In this document: positions 39,446 through 53,095 of the stretch, piece by piece
Numbering within the stretch: the first letter of the stretch is position 1
How the letters are laid out: every line of letters begins with the position of its first letter
NCBI RefSeq assembly: GCF_006345805.1
Contig: NC_042997.1
Location: forward strand, 47,306,001-47,370,000
From: Octopus sinensis
Lineage: Eukaryota
Length of the DNA: 64,000 bases
Direction: 5' to 3'
The notes under the pieces: model-generated
Told to the model about the DNA's origin: nothing
Seen by the model: the letters and a program-made list of their open reading frames with translations, nothing else
Database searches by the model: none
Made by a program: the position numbers and the translations under genes

Positions 39446-40262
39446 TAGCTGAATTACATAACCGGTAATTCCTGGGAAAGCGGAGTTTATCCTATGGTTC
39501 CGTTCTCATAATTGTTTCGCTATTACGATGACAATACAAAACAGCTTTTGTGCATTTACAGAGAATAGCGAACAGTTTTACACAGGATTTTGTTTTTAGG
39601 AATTCACAATAAGTTATGAATGCCCAAATGTCAGTTATGTAATAACATGAAATTAATTACCCGGAAGTAAGAATTCAAATAAAGTAACCCCTAAAAGGGA
39701 TTTAATACGGTCCCAGAGTATAGAGAACTTAGAAGGAAATACTAATAAGGTATGTATACTAAAATCGGGAAGCATGTTACGTAATAACAGGCTAATCAGA
39801 TATGAGATAATAACAATTCAAAGTAAATAATTCTGAAAAAAGCTTTTGTGCGTTCGCAGAGAATATTACCCTCAGCGGCGCTAGTGTTGGTATATTCGTG
39901 AATAAGTCACTAACCGATATAGGTGGATTTATTGTTTAGAAAAATACTATTTGCTTGTTTAAGCGTTGTACTGGATAAATTACGAAAATAACTCAAATAG
40001 GTCAAATACTGAGAAATAAGCATACTCAATTTGATTTATACCAAATAATTTCGGAAAATGAATGGGTTATTTGCCTTGGCTATATATAAGGATCCCTTCC
40101 AGGGAACTATTGCTGACTATTTCAACGATCTGAGTATGCCATGAGGTTTCGAGACATGAGTTATACTCACGTGTCAAGTTACATCAAAATCGATAAAACG
40201 ATGTTGGAAGAGTTAGGTTACAACTTCACAAACACACCTACAGACAGATTTCCCCTCCCCCG
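39444..40262 (+). mobile_element. Possible non-autonomous Helitron/Helentron-like element
   Basis: Begins TACTAGCT after (TA)n and ends ACAAACACACCTACAGACAGA..GATATATAT, the same terminal style as 58525-58925. Confidence 0.35.
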
Positions 40263-40304
40263 ATATATATATATGTGTGTGTGTATATATATATTCATTT
40301 ATTT

Positions 40305-40725
40305 TTTTACTTGTTTCAATCATTTTACTGCAGCCATGCTGGAGCACCACCTTGAATAGTTGTAGTCGAATAAATCGACGCCAGCCCTTATTTTTAAACC
40401 TAGTACATATATTCTATCGTTTTTTTTTTTAGGGGGAGGATCTCTTAGTTTACAAGGACATAAATGCACCACCACTGGTTGTCAAACGGTGACGGGAGGA
40501 AAACACAGACAGAAAGATACACACACACACACACACAACACACACACACACACACACACACATGCACAAACACATGGGCTGCTTTCACTTTGCTTCTACA
40601 AAATTCAATCACGAGGTGTTGGTCGGCCCGAGGCTATATTAAAAGACACACTGTTCCAATGTGCCACGCAGTGGGACTGAACCATATGGTTGGGAAGCAA
40701 GCTTCTTATCACGCAGTCACGCGCC
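40305..40725 (-). mobile_element. SINE family C
   Basis: Family C tail and head blocks. Confidence 0.75.
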
Positions 40726-40733
40726 TGTGACAG

Positions 40734-40765
<32 letters not shown>

Positions 40766-41149
40766 CGTGCACACACACACATGTATACAGATACACATAC
40801 ACGTGTATATGTGTGTGATTGTGTGTACGTCTAAATGTACATATGTACACTTGTGCGAGTGTGTGTGTGTGCTTGTTTGTCTGTAGGAGTTGGTTGATGA
40901 TTTATATGTGCATTTGTGTGAATGTTCCTTCCTATACAGCTGTGTATAAGAGTTTGAAGTCAATAGATGTAAAAAAATATATTTATATACATAAATATAT
41001 TGGGTTGCAGTTATGTATTATTTACTGGTTACATTCCGTATTATTTTTCTCCATTTTCATATATTAATTACGTCTGTGCGAATGTATAGGTAGTTGCGTA
41101 TTTGTATGTTCTTGTTTGTGTGCGCCTTTATGTGATGCGATACTGTGTC

Positions 41150-41199
<50 letters not shown>

Positions 41200-42424
41200 T
41201 GTGTTTACGTGCGTGTATGCTATTCAACAAAGCCATTCTATAAAATCACATTGAAATACAATATATATCGTCTTGTAGTATAATTCCTTTTGATAAATAT
41301 TTTCTTAAACAAACATAGTGAAAAGAAAATTTTTTCAAATTATATATGATTTGTTTGTATGTATGTTCGGTAAAAACGATGTTGTTCATAATTTTTGAAC
41401 TTAAATTTGTTCAAAACTTTCAGCTGTACTAAGTATTAATAATATACTATACTGATACGACATACCTTATGTTAAAATATTAATATCAGAGCTATTACTT
41501 TTATAGTTAGTATTCATAGATCGACTCGAACTAAAACTTTCGTGATATATAAAATTTATAATATTCATCTGTATACATTTACTAGTAACAAATGTTTTTA
41601 CTATTTCGCATCTCATTTAGAATGATATTGAAACAAATTCATATTTATAACTTCTTTGTTTCTTCATCGTTATTAATACCCTCCTCTTCCTACTGCTCAT
41701 CATTATCCTGGTTTTCAACATCAGACTCACTACCTATATTATTCTTTTCTTGCAGGTTACGCAAAATATAAATTTTATCTGCAGGAACAAAAGTATAAAC
41801 ATGTACGGTGATCATACTAAGGATTTTTTGCGAAATTCCCATCATTTTCAAATAGTAAAGGTATTGTGCTTACATAGACAGGTCTGGCACTGGAACCCGA
41901 TGTATTATCAAAAGGTTCCCGGACTAGTTATGTTAAATAAAATGATAACTTATTTACCTAACTATTAACATCATACTTTTCGAAATAGTCACCTTGCGCA
42001 GCAATACACCAGTCCCAGCGTTCCTGCTATTTTTGGCGTCTGGGCCGCAAGTCGTTTTCCGTAAGCTAGTCGAGGACCTTCAGTGATTCGCTCTTAGTTT
42101 TCACTTACTGGGGCCTAAGCTACGAAATTAATACTCCCGCAGATCGTGAACCTGAAGACCAAATATCTCAGCATTATAGATACTACCGCTTTTCTTACAT
42201 AATGTAATGAAGTATGTTCTACTCGTATATGTTCTTGTATTTAAAAAGGAGATAGAGTGACTCAGAAATTGCTTATATTATTAGTTACTACATATATGTG
42301 TGTGTGTGAGCGTGTCTGTGAGCGTGTGTGTGTGAGCGTGTCTGTGAGCGTGTGTGTGTGAGCGTGTCTGTGAGCGTGTGTGTGAGTGTGTGTGTGTGTA
42401 GATATATATGTATACTCTTTTACT

Positions 42425-42823
42425 CTTTTACTTGTTTCAGTCATTTGACTGTGGCCATGCTGGAGAACCGCCTTTAGTCGAGCAAATCGACCCCAGGACT
42501 TATTCTTTGTAAGCCCAGTACTTATTCTATCGGTCTCTTTTGCCGAATCGCTAAGTGACGGGGACGTAAACACACCAGCATCGGTTGTCAAGCAATGCTA
42601 GGGGGACAGACACAGACACACAAACACACACATACATATATATATATACATACACATATACGACAGGCTTCTTTCAGTTTCCGTCTACCAAATCCACTCA
42701 CAAGGCATTGGTCGGCCCGGGGCTATAGCAGAAGACACTTGCCCAAAGTGCAACGCAGTGGGACTGAACCCGGAACCATGTGGTTGGTAAACAAGCTACT
42801 TACCACACAGCCACTCCTGCGCC
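42425..42823 (-). mobile_element. SINE family C, full length
   Basis: Best-preserved copy: GGCGCAGGAGTGGCTGTGTGGTAAGTAGCTTG..GGTTCCGGGTTCAGTCCCACTGCG. Confidence 0.88.
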
Positions 42824-43313
42824 TATGCGTATATTTTGTTTCTAATATAGGCGCAAGTCCTGTAATTCACGTGGAGGAGAACAGATAGCCATACTGACAT
42901 TATATCTTAGTTGGTACTTCATTTTGTTGACCTTGAAAGGATAAGAGGCATATCTGGCCTCAGCGTGAAGTGATTTTGAAAACTAATTAGCCGAAACAAA
43001 TACTGCAAGGTATTTGTCGAGAGCTCTGTCTGTTTATCAATCCTTTGACGCATATAATTATATTATGAATGTAAACACTACAGTTGTAGGGAGATATTTT
43101 ATTTATCTATCAGTGTAACATGAACGTGGCAGATTCCGTTGATTATACTGATATAGGAGAGTATTGTAGTTCGCTTGAAGCATTGTGTATTGTTTGTAAA
43201 GAATAAAAAGTTTTGAATGGTTCAACAATGCACTATAATACAGACAATGGGCTATATACTATACAGTAAATGCTGATGAGTGTGAAGAAAATATGGTGCC
43301 AAAAGCAATAATG

Positions 43314-43375
<62 letters not shown>

Positions 43376-43999
43376 CCTTTCTACTATAGGCACAAGGCCT
43401 GAAATAATACTGAAATACAGTGATCAATCTAATATATTAAAAAAGAAAAGCCGTTAGAAAAACCGATTATAGCAGCGAATCCATCTAAGAATATCTGAAG
43501 AAGGAATATTATTCCGAAATATCATATCAGACTATGGATGACATAATTACAACAGCTATATGGTCCATTGTCTGTATCATAGTGCACTGTTGTACCATTC
43601 AAAACTTTTTATTCTTTATACTGATATACTTGAATTCGCCAAAGGATGAAATCTTGATTATCATCAACGCCTCATCCATATTCCTGAAGGCAGAATAGAT
43701 GACGAGACAGAATAAAAGTAATGGAATTGAAACATTTGCGCTGATATCAGTTATAAACTCAATTCCATTCAACAGTATTTCGGTTATTCTCCTTTTTCTC
43801 TTTTTTTTCTGGAACTTCATTATAATTATCTATAAAATAAGTATAGTGGCCAATCTAATGAAATACACCATCTCATAAAACTTTAAGCGTTTGTGATAGA
43901 TGCAGCTGCTATTATTGTCATCAACGTCATTGTTGTTGTTGTTGTTGTTGTTTTTGTTTTTGTTAATGCGTCGATCTAGCGGATTTCTTCGCGTGTCAG

Positions 44000-44178
44000 T
44001 CAAAAAGCTTAGCGCTATTTCGCCCGTGTTTAGGTTCTGAGTTCAAATTCCGCCGAGATCGACTTAGCCTTTCATCATATGGGAGTCGATGAAATAGATA
44101 CTAATTACGCACTGGGGTCAATGAAATCGACTATCCTCCTCTCCCAAATTTCAGGCCTTGTGCCTATAATAGAAAGGT
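44000..44178 (+). mobile_element. SINE family B with tail type 1
   Basis: Ends CCCAAATTTCAGGCCTTGTGCCTATAATAGAAAGG followed by (TTC)n(TTA)n. Confidence 0.75.
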
Positions 44179-44192
44179 TTCTTCTTCTTCTT

Positions 44193-44223
<31 letters not shown>

Positions 44224-44229
44224 TTATTC

Positions 44230-44289
<60 letters not shown>

Positions 44290-45319
44290 TATGTTTGAGT
44301 TTTGCTTTATAATTGTACAAGTTGCTCCAAGTCTCACCCAGAGACCTCAAGAGACAACAGGTTGGAAGTTCATGTTGTTGTTATGCCTAGTGTGCAATAT
44401 ATTTTTTTTTGGTGGGGGGGAGTTTTTGGTGTTGTACTAATGAATGTCTAAAAAACCCCGAAAATTATGTTTGTTTTAAACCTTGAGATTACATAGAAAG
44501 TATTTTGCGTAGGATATGAGCAGTTCCCATGAGCACTATCTTTTGAATTTCTGCCATTTTTGGGTTTCCTGGTATCTGAGTTAGGTAGCTATCAGCCCCT
44601 TTTGCTATCATTCCAAGAGCACCTATGACAACAGGTATTGTTTTAGTCTTCAGGTTCCACATTTTGCTGATTTCTATTTCAAGATCTTTATATTTGCTCA
44701 GTTTTTGGTAGGTCTTGACAGATACGTTTATATCGATTGGGACAGTCATATCAATGAGGAGGCATGTTCTTTGTTTGAAGTCTTTCAATATGATGTCTGG
44801 CCTATTTGCATCTATCTTTCTGTCAGTTTGAATGGGGAAGTTCCAGAGGAGTGAGATGTGGTCATTTTCAAGCACTGGGGTGGTTTGTGTTCCCACCAGT
44901 TTTTTTCATGGGGCAAATCCAGGTTTTTGCAGATTACCCAGTGAATATATTGTGCAGCTCTATCGTGTCTGTTGAGATACTCTGTAGGCGCTAGAAGACT
45001 GCACTTGGAGACCACATGGTCAATGGTTCATTTTGTTGCTGGCATACACGACACGTTGGACTGCTTCTGATCTTTAATATGTTGGCCTGGTAGTTTCTTG
45101 TTGGTAGGCATTGATCTTGAGCTGCTATGATAAACCCCTCTGTTTCAGATTTTAAGCCAGAGGCCATTGCCATTGATGGGTCAGGGCTTTGTCAACATCT
45201 GCATTATTTGCTCTCTTTGGGTATTTGCCATAGAGAGGTTTTTCTTGCCATTTATCATTCAGAATATCTAAGGCCGCAGATTTAGCACGGGTTTTCATGC
45301 GCTTAGCTTTTTCTGTGCC

Positions 45320-45320
<1 letters not shown>
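44290..45320 (-). pseudogene. 5'-truncated REL-endonuclease non-LTR retrotransposon (R4/Dong-like) embedded in (TAA)n
   Basis: ETEGFIIAAQDQ..CRVCQQQN..HVVSKCSLLAPTEYLNRHD..IHW, and LLWNFPIQTDRKIDANRPDII..IDMTVP..KYKDL..IPVVIGALG..ILRKIL. 3' UTR runs into (AAT)n at 44290; (AAT)n also at the 5' junction. Confidence 0.88.
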
Positions 45321-45374
<54 letters not shown>

Positions 45375-45399
45375 TATTATTATTATTATTATTATTATT

Positions 45400-45953
45400 G
45401 AGTGAGAGAGCAGTGCATGTCATCAAGGTGACACTGGGGTAAAATATGCGAAGTCCAGTATACCCATCATGACTACCCGTCTGATAAGAGTACACTAGGC
45501 ACATGCATCACAACTATATGTGCACGACATGGTGATCTCATATCAAGATAAACAGAGCATGACCTTGCAGATGGGGCCCAGTTAGAATTTTCCTCTGGTC
45601 GAGTAGCCCACCCCGTTCGAAAGGTCCCTGAATAAGGATTGTTTAAGGATGATGAACAAACCACGCATGTTTCCAAAGGTGAATTATCCAAAATTCCAAG
45701 AATTCCTTTCAACACACGGCTATGATGCCCCCCACTACTTCTGCTCGTGATCAGAGATGCACATATCGTCAGCCACTAAGGGACATGCTCAACTGGTTAA
45801 GGTCAAACAACTAACAAGCAAATCTGTGGTACTGAGCAGAATATTTGCTGTAGCCCATCTTTTATAACAAGACAAAACAATGTACATGATAATACTTCCA
45901 ATCAGTTAAGATCAGAAGCTATGAGAGCCACTCTCTGGTACTGCATCAGGGCT
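45400..45953 (-). mobile_element. Family D repeat with (AAT)n tail
   Basis: Homologous to 3785-4332 and 62168-62692. Confidence 0.8.
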
Positions 45954-45976
45954 TTTATCCTCCTCCTCATCATCAC

Positions 45977-46003
<27 letters not shown>

Positions 46004-46007
<4 letters not shown>

Positions 46008-46160
46008 TAGTTTTATTTTTATAGCGTGCTTTCACTTCACTACCGAGCGCAGCTCTGTGTGCCTTGGGTATGTGCTGTGATTTGTTGTGATGCTCTGATG
46101 GTTATTGTATGGAAAGTGTTCTGCGTAGGATGTGTGCAGTGCCTAGTAGTGCAATTTTCT

Positions 46161-46163
<3 letters not shown>
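46004..46163 (-). mobile_element. Extreme 3' end of another REL-type LINE in (TAA)n
   Basis: QKIALLGTAHILRRTLSIQ* plus a short 3' UTR, with (AAT)n on both sides. Confidence 0.75.
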
Positions 46164-46211
<48 letters not shown>

Positions 46212-46218
46212 CATTATC

Positions 46219-46256
<38 letters not shown>

Positions 46257-46262
46257 TATAAA

Positions 46263-46349
<87 letters not shown>

Positions 46350-46352
46350 AAA

Positions 46353-46416
<64 letters not shown>

Positions 46417-48019
46417 CATTATTGCTTTTTTATACATTATTGCTTTTGGCACCATCTTTACTTCACAGTCATCAGTATTTACTGAACAGCATTCATATAA
46501 ATACGTCCTTCAAATTATTACTACCACCACAACTACAGCCACCGCAACCAACAGTGCCACCAACACCTCGGTCATTATTGTATTCGTCGCAGTCGATTTT
46601 AACGCTAATATTAGTAGTAAATTCTCAGACTTCCCATAAACGTTCTCAAACTACTACCAAGGAAATGTAGCAATATTCATGTTTACTGACCGTGATTCTT
46701 TTATGATTCAACAAAATTCATGACCACAGTTAAAACATGACTCCATTTCTTTGCAGACAATCTTTGGCAGTGTTTGCCAACAAACGTTGATGTGAATAAC
46801 GAGTCGTTAAGAGAAGTGGTCAAAATAATTGAGCGTGAGGCACCGAGAGAGGGAGACAAAGGGAGTTAAGGAGATAAAACTCAGAAAGGATAATGGTGAA
46901 GAAATTATGTTTGTGGATGGCAGAGAGAAATAAAAAAAAAAAACAGAGAGTGAGTGGGGAGAGAAGGTGTGATAGAAATAATACACCCTTGGGCAGAAAC
47001 AGTGTGTGCGTGTAACACAGTGAGATAGGAAAACGGAAAAGATTACGTGATTGAATGACTGAGTAGCGGAGTGAGTCTATGAATCTCGTTGAGTGTACAT
47101 GTGTTTTTGCGTGTATGCGACGCGCTTGTGAAGTTTGTATATGTGTGTGCGCGAGATTATGTGAGTGCTGTGTGTGGATACTTTGTAATAAGTTATAAGT
47201 TGTAAGAGAGAGAGAGGGGGAGAGGCAGAGAGAGAGTGTGAAGAAAAGTGAGAGAGAGTGAGAGAAAATGAAAGAGAGAAATAGAGAGACCTGTCTGTGA
47301 GTAGGCGGAGACAAGCAAGATAAAGAATAAATGAGAAGAATAGAGAAAATGAAAGATAAGAACATGGTAAGGAAGCAATTGGAGGTGGAGGGGAATAACA
47401 TGTTGTACAAAGTGAAATAAGAATTTCGCTCGATCCATCTTGGATTTATATATCTTATCATATATACGTATGTGTGCGATGAGACACACAGAGAGAGGAA
47501 GAGAGAGGGGTAAGTGGGGGAGGGAGTGAAAGAGAGAATGAAGGAAAGAAAGAAAATGAAAGAAGGATAGAAAGAGGAAAGCAAGAAAAAACAAACGGAA
47601 ATGTGTATACGTATATATATTTTGATGGCGCTCATATATTAGAGGAGAATGTAAAATCGTGTTTGTGTCTTCGCGAAATGTGTGTGGGTGTAAGAATTAG
47701 AGGCAATCAAATAACAAATAACTGAAATAAAATGAACTGATTTTATCTCATAAAATAAAGTGCGAAGAGGTGTATGAGTTGAATCCATATTGTATGGTCT
47801 GTAGCTGTAAGAATAAAACAGAGGGGGAAAAAATTAACAAGAATGATTTCAAGAAGAACGCACAAGGACGACTAGGAAAGTAATAAAGCAAACGAGCCAG
47901 GTGGAAATTTTCAATATACATACCTACCGACCAGCCTACTTACCTACCTACTTTCCTACCCTCACACGCACACACATACACACATATATGTATGTATGTG
48001 CATATATTTTATATTTTAT

Positions 48020-48215
48020 CTCTTACTTGTTTCGGTCATCAGGCTGAAGCCATGCTGGAGCACTGCTTCGAAGGATTTTAGTCGAACAAATCGACCCCAG
48101 TAACTTTTTTTTGTTTAAAGCTTGGTATTTATTCTATCCTTAATTTTTGCCGAACCGTTAAGTTCTGTGGACGTAAACACACCAACACCGGTTGTGAAGC
48201 AGTGATGGGAGACAG
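48020..48215 (-). mobile_element. SINE family C, 3' part
   Basis: TTACTTGTTTCGGTCATCAGGCTGAAGCCATGCTGGAGCAC block. Confidence 0.7.
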
Positions 48216-49180
48216 TAACGTATGTTATTGTTGTTGCTGTCATCGTCATCGTCATCGGCCTCCTCGTCCTCCTCCTCATCATCATCATCATCAATATCTC
48301 AATGACGGAAGCGTTGCATGTCATTGTCATCGTAAATTCATTCTATAATGAAAGGACTACCATACTGCAGTTCCAACAGAGAGTAGCTATTGAATAAATC
48401 GTAATTTATTCAATAGTCCATATGCAGTCTCGCTATGAAATACGCCTCCGAGAATTCTCGTTTCGGCACCTTGGGATGAGGAATGACAGGATTGATTTCA
48501 TTGTTACTTAACAATACTTCCAGAAATCATCTCAATTCAAAGTGCCCATACAAGATTTTGGCAGGATAATATGTACTACAAACGGTGCACCCAAGAAAAT
48601 GCAATGTTGCTAAAATTCCTTTTTTCTCTCTCTTTTAATGAATATGCTAAAGAATTCGATTTATCATCATTTTCGTTCTAAAGTTAAGGATATTTGAAAT
48701 GTAATTCTCAAATTTGTTACATTATATTAAAGAGTTACTTTATGATATTAACTTCCTTCTGTTGCTAAAGTTGTTAATAGCGAGACGTTCAAACCTGTTC
48801 TAGGTGATGTTAGGTGTAGGTTGTTAATACGATTTATATTTAAGTTTGTTGGAAGAATAAACCTAGAAGGCATATAGAGTCCGAATAACATGAATGAGTA
48901 ACATTGAAGGTTGATGAACCGAAAGCAATTACAAAAATAGTAGAAAGACCCGCAGGTTAATATACACATACATACTGAGGTTAATTAAGAGCGTCTAAAT
49001 GATTACATGCACTGCTAGAAATAGTAGTCTATTACGTTTTTAATTATATAGTATCATCTTCAAACATATTACACACAAACTCTATTATCTCCCCCAAAAA
49101 CGTATGATTGCAATTTAAATACTTTGATATAAATTCCCCTCAATGAGGTAACAAAAACAATGCACCTTCATATTACTTAC

Positions 49181-49412
49181 CGGCATTGTAAAATATTCTG
49201 AATCCTGGAGCGTCATGGTTGGCATCTGTTATAAAAACCAAACTCACATTGTTTGTCTTCGTTATAATCTCCTTAGTGTGCGCACCTGCACAGAATGTTT
49301 CCAGCCCATTGCCTGGTACTCGCTCTTGAAGTAAGAGCCGATCGTTCCGTGAACTACAAGGATCTCCAACTGGGTAACCAAGATCGAAATGGGTAAACCA
49401 AAGGCGGACGAC
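49181..49412 (-). CDS. Exon encoding the C-terminal half of a CUB domain
   Basis: Acceptor TTTCATATTATTTTCAG, donor G|GTAAGT, 232 nt, phase 0-1. VVRLWFTHFDL..C..NDRLLLQE..TFCAG..NNVSLVFITD..PGFRIFYNA. The phase joins 30977 to give E-W-P-C. Confidence 0.88.
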
Positions 49413-50935
49413 CTGAAAATAATATGAAATAAAGGAATTGAAAACAAATCTGCAGTCAGTCATAGTATACATATCAACATCACCAACAAGTACCAACTTT
49501 AAACTTCCCTACGTAATCAATCAAACTACTACAAAAAGCAGCTAAATAACCTTGAAATTATACACAAATTTTGGGCAGACGTATACTGTATACTGCAGTC
49601 TTAGGTACACAACAACCAAGAGAGATTACAGTGGCCATAACTAAACGCCTTTTCTCGTAATTTTTTAGTCAGTGTCGATTTGCTGTTAAAGGAAAATGAT
49701 ATTTTGCCAATATTATCCATAGAGCTTTGAAATTTCTTATTCTGGTCAATGAGAATCGTTACATTATATTTCCTACGTGAACATTATGTAAGATTGTCTG
49801 AGAAAATATAAATTAGATTTATGCTTATAAGCAGACCTGGTTACCCCTAAAAATTTAACTTATGGAAGTCCGAAATATGTAGCTGATTAATGTGATATTG
49901 TCTCTCGAGGAAAAATTAACATATTAATATTGCTTTCATTTATTTTCTGCGTACCTGAAAACAGACAGTGATAACTCATTTATCGTAGAGACAACCTTAT
50001 TGATGACACAACCTATTTAATCAATGTTGTTATTATGGATATTATTTATACCCAGATTAGAAATCCAAGGAATAGAGGAAACCAGTGGCCTTATGCATAC
50101 CAAGTGTGACCATCAATCTTTTCTTATACCTAAGATTACATTGTCCAATATCTTTACAATGGTGGGGTACGTTTTGTAAGTAACGTTGCCGCTAGTAATA
50201 AAAATATATCACAGTAAAATAGTGAGATATTTGTCAAATTACATCACTGTACATAGATATTCTGAACGTCTACAAAACTGTGAGTGGTGCTGAAAATACC
50301 TGGCGCTTTGAAAGTGAAATATCTATCTGATTTTGATTAATAGTTGCATATATTTATCCTTAATTAAAACGCAATGGAGGAAAAGGGCAACGCGTTACAG
50401 TTCCTAATTACCTTTACCGGGATATTTGATGTAGAATTTAATGCATTTATTAGATTCTTCATTAGGAATCAAAATTCTCGTGATTGTTGAAACCGGATAA
50501 GCTTCAATGGAAAATAGAGTGGTAATGATATGCAATTGATATTCATATATACATAATCAACGGTGAGAGGTAACCATTGACATTCCTATTAATAATTTGG
50601 ATTTTACTAATGCAGTGTCTTTCATTATAGACTTCTTAACGGACATAAATTCATTCACTTTTAGCCTTCAAACACACGCATAAACGAGTTGAATCACAGG
50701 CTTTCCATAGGTTCATAGTTGCACACACGGACACACCATCACTAAGGGAAAGACACAGACATACAGTTTAGATTAATCTTCATGCAATAAGACTATATTT
50801 CACACGCGGTCACATCTTCGAATCTGCAACGTATATACATGACTGCATTGCAGCTAATTATATATTTAATCGTTCTAAAATCTCTTCAATCTACTATATT
50901 CAAATTCCGTCTCTTTAATTGTATATTTCTTGTAT

Positions 50936-50939
<4 letters not shown>

Positions 50940-50966
<27 letters not shown>

Positions 50967-50977
50967 CCACCACCAAC

Positions 50978-51023
<46 letters not shown>

Positions 51024-51195
51024 CCAACACCAACACCACCACCACCACCACCACCACCACCACCACCAACACCACCACCACCAACACCACCACCACCACC
51101 ACCACCACCAACACCACCATCACCACCACTACCAACACCACCACCACCATCTTCTTCTTCTCCTCCTCCTTCTTCTTCCATCTGAGCTCCTCCTC
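50940..51195. repeat. Compound (CAT)n/(CAC)n/(CAA)n trinucleotide repeat
   Basis: Direct reading; it explains the poly-His, poly-Pro and poly-Gly ORFs in the track. Confidence 0.95.
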
Positions 51196-52126
51196 TTCCT
51201 ACTCCTTCTTTATCTTGCCGTCATCGACGATAATGTCGATGGAAATAACAGTTGTGGTGATACGAGGAATTGGCAAAACACGAAGAATAACCATTTAAAA
51301 AAAAACAAAATACAAAAAAAAAAACATTGACAATGTTTCCGGAGATTAGCTTTGGAATTCGATCAATCCATGCCATTACCACATGAAAAAGAGTATTGTT
51401 TATGTCTATCACGAAATTAGTTTCCGTCCTTGACTGAACATACTATTGAACAAAGAACCAGGAAGATGTCAACCATTCTATCTCTCAAAGTGTGGTGAGA
51501 CGTTCAATCTGCCTTCAAAACTGTGAAGAAAGGAATTCCTGGCCGAAGTGTTGTGCGATTTGGTTCCCAACCAAACAGGGCAAGATATGCGGGAGTGTAC
51601 GCATCGGTACACAAGCTTTTTTTTGTTCCTGTGAATATATAAGAAAACAAATACCTGTATGTGGATGGGATATACTAAATGTTTTCATGTGGTTTCGTAA
51701 AGTATACCCTTTTATAATTGCTTTTATAATTGGCTCCAAAGAAAAGGGCGATGTTAATCGCCGAGGAGGTCCTAGTCTGTAGACACATCGGGATTTGATT
51801 GTCCTCTGGTGGCACTTTCCATCATCAGCTTTACGGAGATTTTGTTCTTCAAGTCGGAAATCTATTATTCTTTTCAGATATGCGGTAGGTTTTTACGACA
51901 TAACGTTTTCATGATATTACTTCATTCCTTATGCTACATAAATTGTCGTTGTCGTCGTCGTCATCCTCATCATCATCATCATCCATATCATTATTGTTGT
52001 TCTTTTTGTTATTACTGTTCTTATTATTCAATATTTCGTTTACATCATTTATGTAGACATAATATGATAGATAAATCTCCTCGAAGTAGTAAAACGGACA
52101 CGGTTTCTATTTCCAGATTAATCAGT

Positions 52127-53095
52127 TTCAGGTGGATGAGGAATTTTTCCCAACCAAGCTCTTCGATCTTCTGTGATGTGATCTTTGCAGTGTGGGATCG
52201 CGCATTGTCCTGACGTAACATCACCCCTTTTCGATTTACTAAAGCGGGTCTTCTCTTCTTCAGAACTTGGTTCAAACGCTCTAATTGCTGACAGTAGACT
52301 TGAGTATCGTATTGCATTAGGTGGTAACAATTCAAAGTGAATTACTACTTTGTAATCCCACCAGATAGAGAGAAGAACCTTTCTCCCATGAATTTTTCTT
52401 CCCAGTTGTGGTTTAGCTTTTTCCCTTTTACCAAGCCACTGTTTACGACGTTTAACATTTTGACAGAAGACCCATCTTTCGTCACCAGTCACAAGTCCAT
52501 CCAAAAAGAGTGAAATCAGTTCGCGAGAATGAAAAGAAGAGCAGATGTTAACTCAGGATTTGCGATTGCTTTCGGACAATTTATGAGGCACCCATTTTCC
52601 AAGTTTAGGAACCTTTCCAAGTTGTTGAAGGTGACGATGAACTGTTGTATGGTAATGATAATGCAGGATTTTCTTCAAGTAATGCCTCAAGGAGCTTATC
52701 ATGAAACTCGACTGGACGTCCTGTTCGATCTTCATAGTCAAGGCTGAAATCTCCAATTCTGAATTTTGCAAACCATTTCTGCAAGTTCTTTCATTCAAGC
52801 ATTCTTTCCCATAAACTAAGCGTATGTTTCGAGTCGCTTCAGCTGCAGAGTTTCCTTTTTTGTACTCATAAAGATTTATGTGCCTCAAATGCCATTTGGA
52901 TACTTCCATGTTAGAAAATGTTTTCATCAAAGAAATTTTGATTCTATTATTCTGTAAAATAATATTTAATTAGTTTAAATGTACACAAATGCATAAAAAT
53001 AATTTTTAATTCCATTAGACATTCTAAAATACTATTAAATTTCATTCAATTTTTAAAAGGGTAAAAACGGACAGAACTTATGGGATGACCTGATA
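52127..53095 (-). pseudogene. Mariner (DD34D) transposon, frameshifted and 3'-truncated
   Basis: LGKWVPHKLSE, LVTGDERWV, KVLLSIWWD, YCQQLERL..KGVMLRQDNARSH..LGWEKIPHPP. 5' TIR TATCAGGTCATCCCATAAGTTCTGTCCG at 53095; the other TIR is absent. Confidence 0.9.

Noticed and set aside
50410-50560. Minus-strand peptide ..NKCIKFYIKYPGK as the missing first half of the CUB domain
   Set aside because: The available GT donors are phase 1, but the 49412 exon needs phase 0. The SPNYP-like motif is also absent.
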